The notes under the pieces are model-generated. The model searched no databases and was not told the origin of the DNA. It was given only the letters and a program-made list of their open reading frames with translations. DNA of 59,130 nucleotides, filler included, from Sphacelaria rigidula (taxonomy: Eukaryota): the NCBI GenBank assembly GCA_964200075.2. It is 8 parts of 8 records of this genome, joined end to end, with 100 filler letters (N's around TTAATTAATTAA, not from the genome) between each part and the next. Parts side by side here need not be neighbours in the genome. Positions count along the whole stretch, not along the records: positions 22,214 to 29,517 come from CAXNAA020015530.1; positions 29,618 to 36,921 come from CAXNAA020015531.1; 6 more parts are not named here. The stretch is one strand, 5' to 3'. The position numbers and the translations under genes are program-made. Positions 23,590 through 36,642 of the stretch are shown here, one piece after another; the first letter of the stretch is position 1, and each line of letters opens with the position of its first letter.

Positions 23590-24055
23590 TCGCCGTCTGT
23601 TCCCACGGCTTGAACTTGCGTTTGCTTGGGTATGAGTGCATGTGCGTTCGCGCAAGACCCGTTTCCACCTAATTCATGTTGCAGAGGCTGGCCATTTCTG
23701 GGCGCTCGCAGGGGAGGGGGGTTATCTTTGATTCGTTTTGTTCATTTGCTGTCTACCCTGCTTGTCTGTTGTACCTATTCTGTTTTTGTTCGCCTTGTTT
23801 GTTTGTTTTTTCTTGCCTCCCCTCTGTCTTTTTTTTTTATTCTTTTTTTAGTCTACTTTATTGTTTTGTTTTACGAACCTGTTCTGTTTTTTTTCTGTTT
23901 TTATCTTTCTTTCTTTTTTTTTTTTCACTTTTTCCTCAGCGAGTATTTCAGTTTCGTTTTGTCTCGGTTATGTCTGTCATGTGACCACCGCTGGATTATG
24001 ACCCCTGGGGTATCACTTACAGTGCGACAATCGATCAAACAAACAAACAAACAAG
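23590..24055 (+). mobile_element. LINE-type 3' UTR with a T-rich tract and an AATC/AAAC tail
   Basis: TGTGACCACCGCTGGATT...GCGACAATCGATCAAACAAACAAAC. Confidence 0.55.
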
Positions 24056-24793
24056 CCTCTGTTCCACCTATTCTGCTTTTTTCACCTCGCGTACGTCCAT
24101 CACGTGGAAAATGACCACGAATGAGTCCGTCGGGGATCACTTCAAGTGTAACGATCAATCGATTAATCAATATATCGAAAATGCATTAATATTATTAAAT
24201 TCGGCGAATTTGCGCCAAAATATCTGCTGCCAGGGACTATCTTGGCGAGAAAATCTCGCTCGCGATGCCCCTCCGTAGTGATGGTGCAATGTGTACAGTT
24301 CCCACCTTGTACGATAGATAACATTGTCGACAACTGAAATGCGTACTGCACGGAATCTATCACCTCAATTGCAGTAGACGCAATAGTCTATGATGTACAC
24401 ACACAATGTTTTAGACAAAGCAATCCATCGTCCAGGGTATGGTACAACTGGACATTGATCCTTGTCTTTTCGTGTCGCCCGATTTCACCCGAAATTCATC
24501 TTACAGTGCGTCAAATCCCTGAATGTAGTCTTTTGGCACAGCCCTCTTGTTACAGTCCTTGCTCCAATCCCAAGTCTATCTCCTGCCTCAACCCTACTCC
24601 GTACGTACGAAGTACGAATACTACGAGCTGCGCCAACCTTAGAACGCACACCTCGGGCTCACGATAAGTTCCACCGATCAGCCGGATGTAGGTGTGTCGC
24701 TATGAACTGTAGACCAATTTGCCGATGCACGCTTTGCCGCCAAAAAGTATGAAATAAAAAAGATGCAGTTCATAATGGATTAACTCAGCGACA

Positions 24794-24917
24794 GAGCCAG
24801 ATTCTGCGAGAAACGATATGTATATATATATATATGTGTGTCGGGATTCGAACTCGTGACCTCCGGAACTGGAGTCTCCTGTATCAGGCAGACCCCCGGG
24901 GTGCAGCGGTGTCGCAC
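24794..24917 (-). mobile_element. tRNA-related dispersed repeat (SINE-like)
   Basis: Minus-strand B box GAGTTCGAATCCC; homologous to about 56541-56647 and more weakly to about 58612-58665. Confidence 0.6.
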
Positions 24918-25370
24918 AACAAATTGAATCCGCAGCTCAACTTCAGGAGTTTTGAGCCCGAATTCTATAAGAATCTCCCGCACGAAATCGATTTTTTCTT
25001 CACGGAAGTAACCACCGTGTCTTCATTTTTCTGTCATCGAGTTTTGCCATGTTTTTTTTTGTGTGTTTTTGCTGAAATTTCAAGTCGCTCTAACACTCTG
25101 CATTCGTTTTTTTTTGTTTGCTGCTTCGGCTACTTTCCGTATATTGATTATTATATAAACCCCGTGAAAAATTCCGCTCCTACCTCCTAATTTTAAGCTG
25201 CACGTAATTGTTCAACCGCCAATGGGAGAGTTCGGTCTTGTCTGGTCCAGCTCGAACAGCACTTTACTTCGCTGAACTCCGCCACCAGCTGTTTTATCTA
25301 TTCTCCACGGAGGTCTATTTACCACTTTATAGACATGGAAATTTCTCGGAAATGTATGATTTCGGATAAC

Positions 25371-25530
25371 TCTAACTGTAACCTTAACCCTAACCCTGAC
25401 CCCAACCAAGGTATATCGAGAACGCTCGGGTAATGGGGGCGCAAAGTGTTCCCTAGGCAAAGTGCGCGTTGCGAGACCTCAAACCGGCGCAGCAGGCGCC
25501 GATTAAGACGAAAACGCGCTTGAGCACGGC
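25371..25530 (-). repeat. Copy of the telomeric-repeat-tailed element
   Basis: Aligns to about 13391-13550. Confidence 0.8.
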
Positions 25531-26969
25531 AGGAGCACAGCCCGCAATAAAGATCCGGAGGTCGGAAAGTTCCATGCCTACCAAGTGGTAACCTCTACTG
25601 ACTCCACGACACTATTCCCCCACGCACGTGTTTCGCTCAATCTTTGGCTCTCATCCAATTCCCAACAAAAACATACGCTCTTTTTTCAGCGTTTGTATTT
25701 CGCTCTAACCTTGATTCCTGCACTCCAAACCCTAACTAATCCTTCACACGTATTTTCACCAAAAGCAATTCTTGACAGTTCCCCGAATCCCTGGTATTCG
25801 TAGCAGCAGCTGCCCGATTTTTTTTACAAAAATATACTCATTTTCCCCAACGCTCAACTTTTGAAACCAATGGAATTGACGCGGTACTTTCCACCTTAAC
25901 TCTTGGGGGCGTCCGCGCCTGAGCACGAGAGTCATTTTCCAATTCAACACGATGTGATGCCGATCCAAAAGATGGACAAGGCTGGGCGGTCACGGGGTTA
26001 GCACTGACCAAAATTCCAGACCAGAGCATAACTTTCCTGATTTCTTGGAGCAATGGCGATACCAATCTCCGAGTCCTTGACCCTCAGAACCCTATTTGTT
26101 CGTTTTCCCCTCCACCCGGTTACGCCCACGTGAACTCATTTTCACTTTCCCTTTTTTTTTCCTATTTGTCTGTCGCACAGGACAACAGCCAGCTGATGTA
26201 CGTACACTGCGGAGGTTTAGAGGGAGTATCTTCTCAGCTCACTCGGTACAAGCACCAGGGACTGATGGATGATGGAGCAACGCAGTAGAATTTCCTGTTA
26301 TTTTATTTTTTTCAGGTAGAGCACTTTGCAGCAAACAATCAGGGGGGTGGGTAATCGTGCCGCCGCGGACGTCTGTTTTTGTACATTTTTTTCCCTACTG
26401 ACGGACTCGTGCAAGCCTTTCAAGCGAGGGCGCTCGTGCATTACACAATACTGTTGTACTTTTTTGGAGGGTTATTTTCAAATGTTACTGCGTTACCTTT
26501 CTTTCCTTCCCGTCTCACATTCGACGAGCCGGAGATCGATGCCCGCGATACCCCCCCCCCCCCCCCCCCCTCCCACCCTTCAGAAAAATGGCTGGCTTTC
26601 AGGAGGCAAAATCTATATGTAAAACAAATTTACAAAAGCCGACCACACGGAGCAGCTGGAACCTTCCATGCTTGGAGGCGTTTTCGCCGATGTCGCCCGT
26701 AGGAGGCGCTTCATGTAATCTGAAACCGGCTACCATGTGCTGTATGACAAATGTTTCTCCGTGTTAGTGTTGGGGCTGGTTGAGGTGGGGGCTATTGCGG
26801 TATCACTTCGGAGATGCAAACGCCGTGCATGTAATGAACATGTCAGTGCTTTGCCTTGTTGGTGCTTTCATCACAGTATCACGCGGTGGGGTAGTACTCT
26901 CAGGCCCTCGCCAGCGTCGACTGCGGCCTATTATTCCTACAAGTAGCACGTCTCCTTTATTCCGCGGGC

Positions 26970-27227
26970 GAGCAATGCTACGGTAGGGGTGCACTTCTTT
27001 CGCGTAATCTTGTCTAGTTCAGGGACTCCTAACGATTTTAGATACACAAAAATATGGGTCAGGGCATCCCCGTTTTCAAATCCATTCGGGATATCCCCGG
27101 CACATTGGAGTAGGAATCCTGGCGTACTCTCACATATTTTCCTATTTCGTGTTTTCAATTAGATGAAGGGCTCCTAACAGTTTTGACCTCAGCAAATGTT
27201 TGTGCACCCCCTACCGTAGCATCACTC
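26970..27227. mobile_element. Sola-like MITE, 258 bp
   Basis: TIRs GAGCAATGCTACGGTAGGGGTGCAC / GTGCACCCCCTACCGTAGCATCACTC; perfect 4-bp TSD GGGC. Confidence 0.9.
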
Positions 27228-27841
27228 GGGCAGTCGTTTCACTCAATGACAGTTACCTGATTTTCGAGGTCAACTCTTTGACTGCGAGCATGGGTCATCT
27301 GTTAAATCATCAGCATTCAGTTTCACTTGTAGAAAAAAGAAAGTGCACGACCAAATAGATAGAATGGCCTACCCTCGCTGCCCAAGCGTCGAACATGTAA
27401 AACCGGAGATGCGAGTTCGGGAATCGAACGCTCAACCCTACTGGTGGATGGGTTTCGAACCCATGTCAAGGGACCCGGGGGCGCACGATTAAGCACACAT
27501 ACGGAAGTATTGTCCCGAGATTTGAGTTAACCTATTCCTCAACCTATGGCTTTGTTGGTGGTATGGTTCATGAATATGTTTGATCCTGCGATGAGTACCT
27601 CGAAACACTAGCAGCATCTTTACCCCCAATAGTTCACGGGCGGACAGTATCAGCATCGTGTGCACAAGAAGGGCCGAAGCTCTTGGGAGTAGGGCGGCGC
27701 GCACACTGCGTCAAGTTGACGGGGTGGTTTAGTGGGTTTAACTCCCGCACTGCCTTGAGCAGAGCTTTCCGAACGGTCAAGGCGCCTACCCCATATGACC
27801 GCCACACGGTGTTCTAGCCGAGCCCCCGGGTGATTGGCACT

Positions 27842-28296
27842 TAACATGCGATCATCGAAATTGAGGACGGAGCTTTTCATTGAGGATGAGAACCCGGAGA
27901 ATTCAAATCTTCGTATCCACACCAAATCTTCGAATATGGTTCCACTTCTTCATTTAGTGCTAGTCATTGACAACTACTACACGCCAAACAAATTTCGATT
28001 TCGATAACCGACATGTTGGGGTCCTACTAATAGGTGTAAAATCATTTTGGGGAAATTCAAGTGATCATCCAATCATCACCTAAATTCCCTGAAATGTTTT
28101 CTTCAACTAGGACCCCAACACGTTGGTCATCAGGATCCAAATTGCCTTTCGTGTAGTGGTTGTCAATAGCTACCACTAGGTGAAGGAATTGAACTATATT
28201 TTGAAGATGTGGTATGGATACGAAGATTTTCATTCTCCGGGTTCTCATCCTCAATAAATAAAAAGCTCCATCCACAATTTCGGTGATCGGCTGTTA
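27842..28296. repeat. Imperfect full-length palindrome of about 455 bp (foldback)
   Basis: ATTGAGGATGAGAACCCGGAGAAT and TGTTGGGGTCCTA in the left arm have their reverse complements in the right arm. Pairing continues to a centre near 28070. Confidence 0.9.
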
Positions 28297-28689
28297 CATG
28301 AACCCGTTCGCGGGGTAAGTCGGTGAGGTTCCCTCCTTCCTTTAGGGGAAATGAACAAAGGAGGGCGTGCCGCCATCGTTCATGTATATGCAAGGGTAAA
28401 CAACCGCAGTATAATAGTACTCTGCGTACAAGTATACTGTAGTAGGAGACGCCATCTTGCAGCAACGAGAATCATTCGGTGTTCAGTATGAGCAACATAA
28501 ATATTCGTGATATGGGAAACAAACTTTGTTTTTGAACCGGGAGGTTTTTCGTGATTTACACCAAGACGGTCTAGTCGTCCGAAACAGCCGACACCCCCCA
28601 TCTGGCTGGAATTTTGGCGGGAAAATATTTAAACTTGACATGGTCAGTCCACAGCTCTGAGGTTATATTCTCGTGTAGCTCCTAACTTT

Positions 28690-29257
28690 CAGGACTATAC
28701 ACGTTACACGTGCCATAGCGTTACACGTTACGGTCACGTTACGTTTCGGCCGAAACGTAACGTGAACGTTATTTTTTTTTACGTGATGAACGTACCGTAA
28801 ACGTAACGTTAATTTTTCAAATGTAACGTTAACGTAACGGTAATTTTTTTTTTACGTGGCATACGTCACGTAACGTGAACAATATTTTTTTTTACGTGAT
28901 GAACGTAACGTGAATGTGTACATGTATAGCCACCAGGGCTATACACGTTACACCTGCCATAGCGTTACACGTTACGTTCACGTTACGTTTTGGCCGAAAC
29001 GTAACGTGAACGATAATTATTTTTTCACGCGATGAACGTAACGTTAACGTAACGTTGAATTTGCAAATGTAACGTTACCGTAACGTTATTTTTTTTACGT
29101 GATGAACGTAACGTTAACGTAACGTTAAATTTGCAAATGTAACGTTGCCATGATTTTTTCCTTTAGGTGACACACATCACGTAACGTTAACGTTATTTTT
29201 TTACGTGATGAACGTAACGTGAACATGAACGTGTAACTTGTAACGTGTATAGCCCTG
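28690..29257. mobile_element. hAT-like MITE dimer with (ACGTAACGTT)-rich interior
   Basis: CAGG(A/G)CTATACACGTTAC ... GTAACGTGTATAGCCCTG; perfect 8-bp TSD CTAACTTT (28682-28689 and 29258-29265); second left end at 28934. Confidence 0.92.
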
Positions 29258-29517
29258 CTAACTTTAGGAGCCCTTGAATGAGAATGACCTGGGCTCAAAT
29301 ATGTAACCTCTATCGTAGCATGACTCCCTCCTTCACCGTTTACAAGGTAGCACAGGCTGCTGATGTCTGTGATATCCCGTATCTCACATATATTATTTCT
29401 GAGGAGGGGGGGGTTCGCTCAATTCACAGCGCTTCTTAGAATGATTCTTACGGCTGCTTTTACTTCGGGGGGGGGGGGGCGTATTTTCCCCTAAAAAAAC
29501 AAACACGGGGTTTGGGC

Positions 29518-29617
29518 NNNNNNNNNNNNNNNNNNNNNNNNNNNNNNNNNNNNNNNNNNNNTTAATTAATTAANNNNNNNNNNNNNNNNNNNNNNNNNNN
29601 NNNNNNNNNNNNNNNNN
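29518..29617. other. Artificial contig spacer
   Basis: N44-TTAATTAATTAA-N44. Confidence 0.99.
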
Positions 29618-30190
29618 GTGACCCCCCCCCCCCCCCCCCCCCCTGGGGCAAATGGCAAACGACCAAAGGAAAAAACAAAAGGGCACCCCCCCCCCCCCCC
29701 CCCCTCCCTGTGTTACTGGTTTGGAGGTTTCGGGGGCATGACTTCTGGTTAGTCTCGATACATGCTCCCTAGGTCCCGAAATCATAACTCAAAAAGACAA
29801 CGCATGGTTCGTGCAGTATTGCAAGCCAGCCTCTGGGTATCGTTCCATGCGCCGGTCTTTCACAAACGGACGATGGCTACCTGTGTGGTTGGTGTACAGT
29901 AGGCTGTACAAAAGATCGAAGAGCGGAGGACAGAAGTGAGTGCGGTAGTTCCTACCTGGTACCAGGCATCAAAACTGTGTGGGTAATGCATCAGACGAAG
30001 TCGGTCGTATGCGTGAGAAACCGCACTGTTCATTCATTCGCAGCCTGGAGGTCTCTGCGCATTCCCATGTATTTTAGGGTCATCGCCGTGCTCACCCATT
30101 CGAACGTTGCGTGTTTGCAACATATTATAGTTGTTCATTTATGACGAGTTTGCCACTCCTTATCACGAAACGCTATTAAAGCAGGTTGAT

Positions 30191-30605
30191 AGCAGTCAGC
30201 GTCAGAAGTATGCAGAATTCGCAATTTCTTGGTTTCTCAAAGATTTTCCAAATTTGTTTTGCTTGCTACCGCCCCTCACAGTGACTGTTGGATGCCGAAA
30301 AATGGGTGTCTGAAAATATTTTTATCCCCTTGAAAATTACTGAAAGAAAAAATATCCGCGATCAATATTGAGTGACTTACGGACTTGACCGTTCTTCGGG
30401 GGTCGTGCAAAAGTGCAACCCCCGGTTCTAGCTTTTCGGGATTTTCGGTGGACCGACTCGATCCCGATAGTATAAGTGAAGACTAAAAATTATTACTTTT
30501 TTTAAATTCCACCTATTCACTGCGCGAAAGCCGGAAAACTATGTTTCTTGGACCATTCACGGTCAATAACACCCTCCTGATAAACGAGGTCTTTACTCCG
30601 TATCG
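30191..30605 (+). repeat. Unclassified dispersed repeat (inverse copy at 42178-42593; partial internal duplicate at about 30860-31010)
   Basis: AGTCAGCGTCAGAAGTATGCAGAATTCG and ACCCTCCTGATAAACG are shared. Confidence 0.85.
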
Positions 30606-32400
30606 CTCCCACAACACTAACTTGGCCATTGTGATTTAAGCACGATCTACTTGTTTGCCAAAGCTATCGACCCTAGCACTTTCGAGTGCTCATGGAAAAT
30701 GTTTTGCGAAATAAAAGAAGAAAAGAGGCCATCCGCAGAAAATGCTTGACCGAGCTCTGTGCAGTGTAGGAGGGAAACACGATCTCGATTGTTATTGTGA
30801 AGAATTTTTTACGTATTCATTTATCTGAATACATACCGTTTCGTTGCGGTAGAGCCGGAAAACTGTTTTGATTGCACAAAAAACGATCGATAACACCCTC
30901 CTGATAAACGGGGTATGTAGCCCGTATCGCCCCAAAAACACGAACTTGGGCACTGCAGTTGAGTGCGGCCTACGCTTTCTCCCTAAATCTACCGGCGCTA
31001 GCACTTTCAAGTAGTAATGAAGAATAGTAGTCGAGAAAAACTCAAGAATGACAACAACTACGAATTCGAAAAACTTCTGATTCGGACTACTATAGTGCGT
31101 CGCGCTGCGAAAGCAGTGGCATGCAGCAGTTCACTTCGTCCAGACATGAAATCATAGCATGCCTGGCAAAGGGGAGAACGACGTACACGCACAGGCCCAA
31201 TAGTAATTGTAAGCATTATCTCTCCGCCACTGCGACCAAAAATATCCGCACTTGTGTGCACCGCAGGTGAAACTTGACGCCCTGACATATGTCCCCTTGA
31301 CTGGTTGAGTAACGTACAATGTGCAGCTTGTGTAGTGGCACCAGCTGTGAGTGAAGAGGTCTCGCGATTGGTCTCACAATATTTTCGATAACATCAAGAT
31401 GAAACGACACACGAGACAAATGCTTGTGTTCAATGACACGATCGGAAGTGATTGATAGAAAGTCAATTTTGACAAACCTTACAGCTGAAACTACCAACAT
31501 GGAGAACGGTGGTTTATGCACGCAGAACACATTTTCTTTATGTACCGACGAAGTAAACAACTTATAAATCACTCGCTCATTTCGCGAGAAAAACATGTAA
31601 GCGCGGGCAAAACCTATACCCCCAACATGCCATTTGTTTGACATCTCTATCAAAAGATTATCCGTACACTGCACTATACAGAGACTACAGGAACATCAGA
31701 GGCGCGGTCAAACCTAAACACAGGCTACAAAAAACATGGAGAAAAATTTGCGCTACGTAGGTGTTCCGGTATTGCGTCATTGCCCACGCCTCGGTGTGGT
31801 AGTTCTCGAAGACTCCTTCGCTCTGCGGTATGCCAGAGACGAAAGTTGACGGCCTAACGAGCCACGACTTTGTCGCATTTGACCGCTTCCTCGCCAACAT
31901 TATTTTCAGACCCTTGCGCAAAATTTCGACGCCATTGAGATTTCCACGAACACTACAGCCCACGCCATTGAGATACCACGCACAAGATCACCGTACGTGG
32001 CAGAGCTAGATTCGAGTGTCGACCGTCGCATCATGGTCGGAACCTTGGAGAGACCAAAATATGATATACACCGAGCTACGCTACCGTATTGGCTCTCATG
32101 TGAACCAAATAATCATTTTTTTTGTCAGTTCGAAGCCTTCGTTTTACAACAGTGCACCAGGCAGGGAAACCATCACGTGGAGTTCGACTGGCGAAGCCTC
32201 GGCACCTAAGAAGGGCAGGCTTTCACGAAACCCTCGCGGTGTGGTGCTCATGAGGTTTTTGATCAATCGATGTCTTCTGAACAAGTCACTGCACCAACAA
32301 GTAGTGTCGAATTCAGCGGTATCTGTTCAGGTGGGTTGTGAGTATTTCTCATGGTGGTACAGTTAACGATTTTTGTGTCGCCCGCCCGTCCGAACATCAG

Positions 32401-32541
32401 GTTGCGCCTCGTTGGCAGCGCATCTCGGACCTGATTTTCACCGCGGCGTTCTCCGTAGAGATGTGCTTGAAACTGGCAGCCACTGGACTGTACTACTTTA
32501 CGGACACATGGAATTGGTTGGATGCCATCGTTGTCAGCGAG
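32401..32541 (+). CDS. Voltage-gated cation channel, S2-S3 exon (VAPRWQRISDLIFTAAFSVEMCLKLAATGLYYFTDTWNWLDAIVVSE)
   Basis: F-x2-E-x3-K and WN-x-LD signatures of the ion-transport domain; CAG and GTAGGT splice sites, phase 0/0. Confidence 0.93.
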
Positions 32542-33029
32542 GTAGGTAAAAATCGTGGGCAAGTCGCAACAATAACGCGTTTTAGACCAGCGATCAAGTT
32601 CTGTTTTTTTTTTTCTCTCTTCTCACACTCGAGGTAATCACGTCGATATATTTGTGATATCGGAGAAATAGATCCCTGCGTGATTTATGATATATTAAAT
32701 GGTGTGCTGTAACCGGTTCATGTGGGGTTTGCTCTGGGCGGCGTATATATATATATGCAACCGTATCCTGGGGCCTTCAAGTGCAGCCTACAGTCGGTCC
32801 ACCACCCTGACACGAAAGGGACCCTCAGCAATGCCGACCTCGTCGGGCTGCACGTTTTGAGGGGAATTACAGGCCTATATTTCTGCCGTTGTGTCTAAAT
32901 TACCTTCCGTAAACTCGCTCGTTCGTTGAATAGTTTCGTCGGACCCTCAGTTGTTGGATGGATCGCCTCCAGCGCCGTCCATGGAATTCGTGGGGTTTCG
33001 TAACCATCCCGCAGTTTGAATAATCGCAG

Positions 33030-33137
33030 GGCCTGGCAGCAATCTTGAGTGATGACGCGGGCGTGGGTATCAAAAGCTTACGCATTCTGAGAGTTCTTCG
33101 ACCTCTGCGAACCGTCCGGCGGATGCCAAGGGTACAG
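33030..33137 (+). CDS. Voltage-gated cation channel, S4 exon (GLAAILSDDAGVGIKSLRILRVLRPLRTVRRMPRVQ)
   Basis: Basic residue at every third position; CAG and GTGGGG splice sites; 108 bp; absent from the ORF track. Confidence 0.93.
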
Positions 33138-33802
33138 GTGGGGCCAAAGAGTATGCAGAGGCAGCCGATCTCTGCTGGGAAGTCTAGAGATGGTCGGTAG
33201 GAGTCCGTGTCATCTGTGGAAAGAGGATCTTATGGGCATGTTCGTAAGAGGAAAGCGCGGGAAGAAATCCTTACTTAACACCGGGGCGGTAGCGTTCTCG
33301 GCCTACCCCTGTATCGCTGATCGATCTTGTTTGCCAACGTTTTTTTCACTGCCGGTTTTGACAAACGGACGAGTGGACAGAACGATGGCAAAATATTACG
33401 GCAAAGTAGCGCAAGATACTGCCGCCACAGGCAGGGAGAAGCCTTTTGCTTCAAAATGTACTGTTTACCTTCCAAAGGGTTGCCATATTTCTCTTAACCA
33501 CGGTGGCAAGGGTGAGGTAAAAATTCAAGCGCTCCCGTTGTCGTTGCTCACGTATACTTTCGTCAATCCTGGAGTACCTGTGATCTGTTTCTCGTAGTAT
33601 TGATACTGTCGTCAATGCACCTGTAAAGACCATACAGGCGCAGCTCAGGCGGCGCTAGTCTCCTTTCATGTTGCGTGTATTGCGAACTCCGTCCCCATGT
33701 TCCCTTGATACCATAACTTTGTGCTTGAATTTTTCGGACCAATGCCTCGATGGCTTGATGCGCGCTCCCACCGACTTGTGTATTCTTTCCGTGACATGCC
33801 AG

Positions 33803-33911
33803 CTCGTGGTAACGAGCCTGTTCAGAGCGGGATGGACGCTTGGTCGCATCGTGTGCATATTCGTGGTGTGGCTCACCATATTTGCGATCATGGGCGTGCT
33901 CCTGTGGTCAG
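33803..33911 (+). CDS. Voltage-gated cation channel, S4-S5 linker and S5 exon (LVVTSLFRAGWTLGRIVCIFVVWLTIFAIMGVLLWSG)
   Basis: IFAIMG-x2-L-[WF]-x-G S5 signature; CAG and GTGAGT splice sites. Confidence 0.92.
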
Positions 33912-34245
33912 GTGAGTATCAGGCAGCTAGCTAGCAATGCGTACCCTATCGTTTCCGTGTGTCAACTACTCACGGCGTAACATAGCCGTCGACGCTGCTT
34001 GCAGTCCAGCTTCGTAAAGTGCGCATTTCATGAGTGGCGTTCAAAACTTTGGAACGACACAACACATGAAATGCAACAGTTGAGGAGTATACGCTTGTCT
34101 TTTTGGTAGCACGGATGAACAGGGGAATCTATAAAATGAGGTTGATCAATGAAATGGGGTTTGAGGAGGCTAGCCAGTATGCGACAAGCCAGCATGCGAC
34201 AAAACCCCGAGGGAAGTACCGTCCGCAAGTGCCTTCGATCATTTT

Positions 34246-34312
34246 CGGGGGGGGGAGGTACTCATTTGTTGCTTGCCTCAGTCGTTTGACCATTGATCTT
34301 TCGAGACGGGGC
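34246..34312 (+). repeat. Family B G-run-headed element (intronic)
   Basis: G-run-AGGTACTCATTTGTTGCTTGCCTCAGTCGTTTGACCATTGA. Confidence 0.8.
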
Positions 34313-34584
34313 AGGCGATGCGACCAATGGCTGATGATAGCCCCACTTCCCCCCCAATACACATCCTTTCGTCTTGGCGTCGTGCCATTGGTCGCAAAAG
34401 TAAGCCCTTCCAGGGTAACCCAGTATTCTTGACTTGGCCGTCAAAAATACGTACTGTGAGAGTACCTCGACAGTGCCGTGGTAATTCCGTGATGCCCTCA
34501 TTGAGGTATCACGGCACTACCATGGCGCTACGGTGAAAGACTGGTGCCATGAAAGCCCCATGGTACTTTCAAGAGACTATATAT

Positions 34585-34842
34585 GAGCGATGCTACACGG
34601 TAGGGGTGCACTTTTCCCGCAAATTCTTGTCTGGTTCAGGGGCTTCAAACGATTCTAGATGCACAGAATATGGGTCAGGGCATCCCCGCTTGCAAATTCA
34701 TTCGGAATATCCCCAGCACATTGGAATGGTAATCCTGGCGTACGTTCACATATTTCATAAGTCGTGTTTTGGATGAAATTAAGGGCTCCTAACACTTCTA
34801 ACTTCAGAAAAATATTTTTGCACCGCTACCGTAGCATCACTC
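34585..34842. mobile_element. Sola-like MITE
   Basis: Colinear with 26970-27227; TSD decayed (ATAT/CCAT). Confidence 0.85.
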
Positions 34843-35332
34843 CCATCATGGTGCTTTCGTCCCACTGTCATGAGCGCCTTCTCCCAAGGAGGGGCCATGA
34901 TAGCACCGTGACGTACCCCTAGAGGAACTTCCCACATTCAGGTATTGCCGAGCACATTTGAGACAGTGTCAGGGTGCAACTCCGGTTGAAAGATAGATAG
35001 AGTGCCCCAAATACGACACTCTGATCGGCCGAGACGGCGGAACACCTGACCACGACTATGACGGCAGACCCAGCATGTGTGTATGTGAGAATAATCTACT
35101 TGTCTTCCGTTCCAACTGTACCTGAATCTAAAAAAACACCTTAAAGTGGCGAGCGGCAAGTATCAGAACGTCACCTGACGCATGTTACAACGAACTGCGC
35201 AGATGCAGGGAGCTATTACTCTAGCTCTTTGCCGTCATTTACCCCCGATGATGCAACCACTATGGGTTTTCTTCCCCGCCGTGCGGTAGAGGTACAGGTA
35301 GTGGCACTCATGCCGAAACTGTGATGCACCGC

Positions 35333-35374
35333 ACTACTATTACTACTGCTACAACAACAACAACAACAACAAAA

Positions 35375-35428
<54 letters not shown>

Positions 35429-35436
35429 ACCATTAT

Positions 35437-35502
<66 letters not shown>

Positions 35503-35503
35503 A
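35333..35503. repeat. Compound microsatellite (ACA)n(GCT)n(ACT)n
   Basis: Direct reading. Confidence 0.97.
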
Positions 35504-35631
35504 AAATAAACTGACGAATGCATGTATATTCGTAGCGTGGCGTGTAAACTATGCAATTTCTCCTCATCATGCACAAATCAAGAGGCGATACTAGGAGTCA
35601 AGCGGCAACTCAAGACGACCAATCAGGAGTG

Positions 35632-35632
<1 letters not shown>

Positions 35633-35696
<64 letters not shown>
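35633..35696. repeat. (TG)32 microsatellite
   Basis: Direct reading. Confidence 0.97.
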
Positions 35697-35697
<1 letters not shown>

Positions 35698-36642
35698 ATG
35701 TCTGTTTACGTGTTGAGTTACCGTTGAACTCTTCGTGTTACGCTTACTTTTTTGCGTGGGGAGAATGTACGTTCGCACGTTACCTGCTTCGTATTACATG
35801 GAACGACATTCCACAGTCGTTGCATTTGCGTGATACGAAACGCACGCGGCAAAGAGCCAGAGAAACCTCCACTCTGCATACCTGGAGTTCATTGTCAGCA
35901 GTGTTGAGCGAAATTCAGGTACTCGGGGCTCACCGCTTTCGGGTACTCTGCGAAGTACAGCTTCAGCCAGGACAAATAATTAGACACTTTCAGGTACACC
36001 TTCTGGGTTTGTAGTCGTAATCGGGATCGGTTATTCGAACGTCTCGGCCAATATATATAGGGCCATTTGTGGGGCAGTATATATTTCTGGCTGAGCTACA
36101 CCTGTTTGCCCTCTCAATGTTGACGTCTATTGCAACGTGATCATTTCCTTTACCGTAGTACTGTTGCGGTAGCAGACTGCCATAGGTGAGTGCGTCACTT
36201 TCATTGTAGAATCATGACGTGGGGCGTACAGCTCAGATTCACACTCTACCAACGCAGACAGCATGATAGCTGTTACCATGGAAGATTTACGAGAGGTAAC
36301 TCGTGGAACCAATTAACCCCAAATGCTTATGTGCACCCTTTGTTACAGTACCGCCACAATCGCTTGCCGCTGATGTCAAATAACGATGCAACCGATGTGC
36401 GTGTGCGCGTGTACGTATGAGTCTCTCTGCTCATGGGTATCACTAGAAAAGGCCCCATGGTGCTGTTACGGTACCTGCCACGAGGTGTCATGATGGAACC
36501 ATCGTGGAGTCATGGAAAGGGCTAGCACTACGACCAAGCATGCTAGCGCTGCCGAAAACAGTCATAGCAGTCGAACATCGCACACATAGCGCCTCTGCTC
36601 GGCAGGTTGAAGCAGGAAACACAGGCGATCATGAATGGGAGG

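Noticed and set aside
23626..24114. Phe-rich membrane protein ORF
   Set aside because: Translation of a T-rich retroposon 3' tract
26181..26620. Small plus-strand exons after pyrimidine tracts
   Set aside because: Splice-like signals are present, but there is no consistent frame or recognisable peptide
28120..28160. Hammerhead ribozyme (minus-strand CGAAA...CTGATGA)
   Set aside because: Only about 13 nt separate the boxes, too few for two stems plus the cleavage site
35308..36014. Poly-V/A/T and CV-repeat ORFs
   Set aside because: Translations of microsatellites
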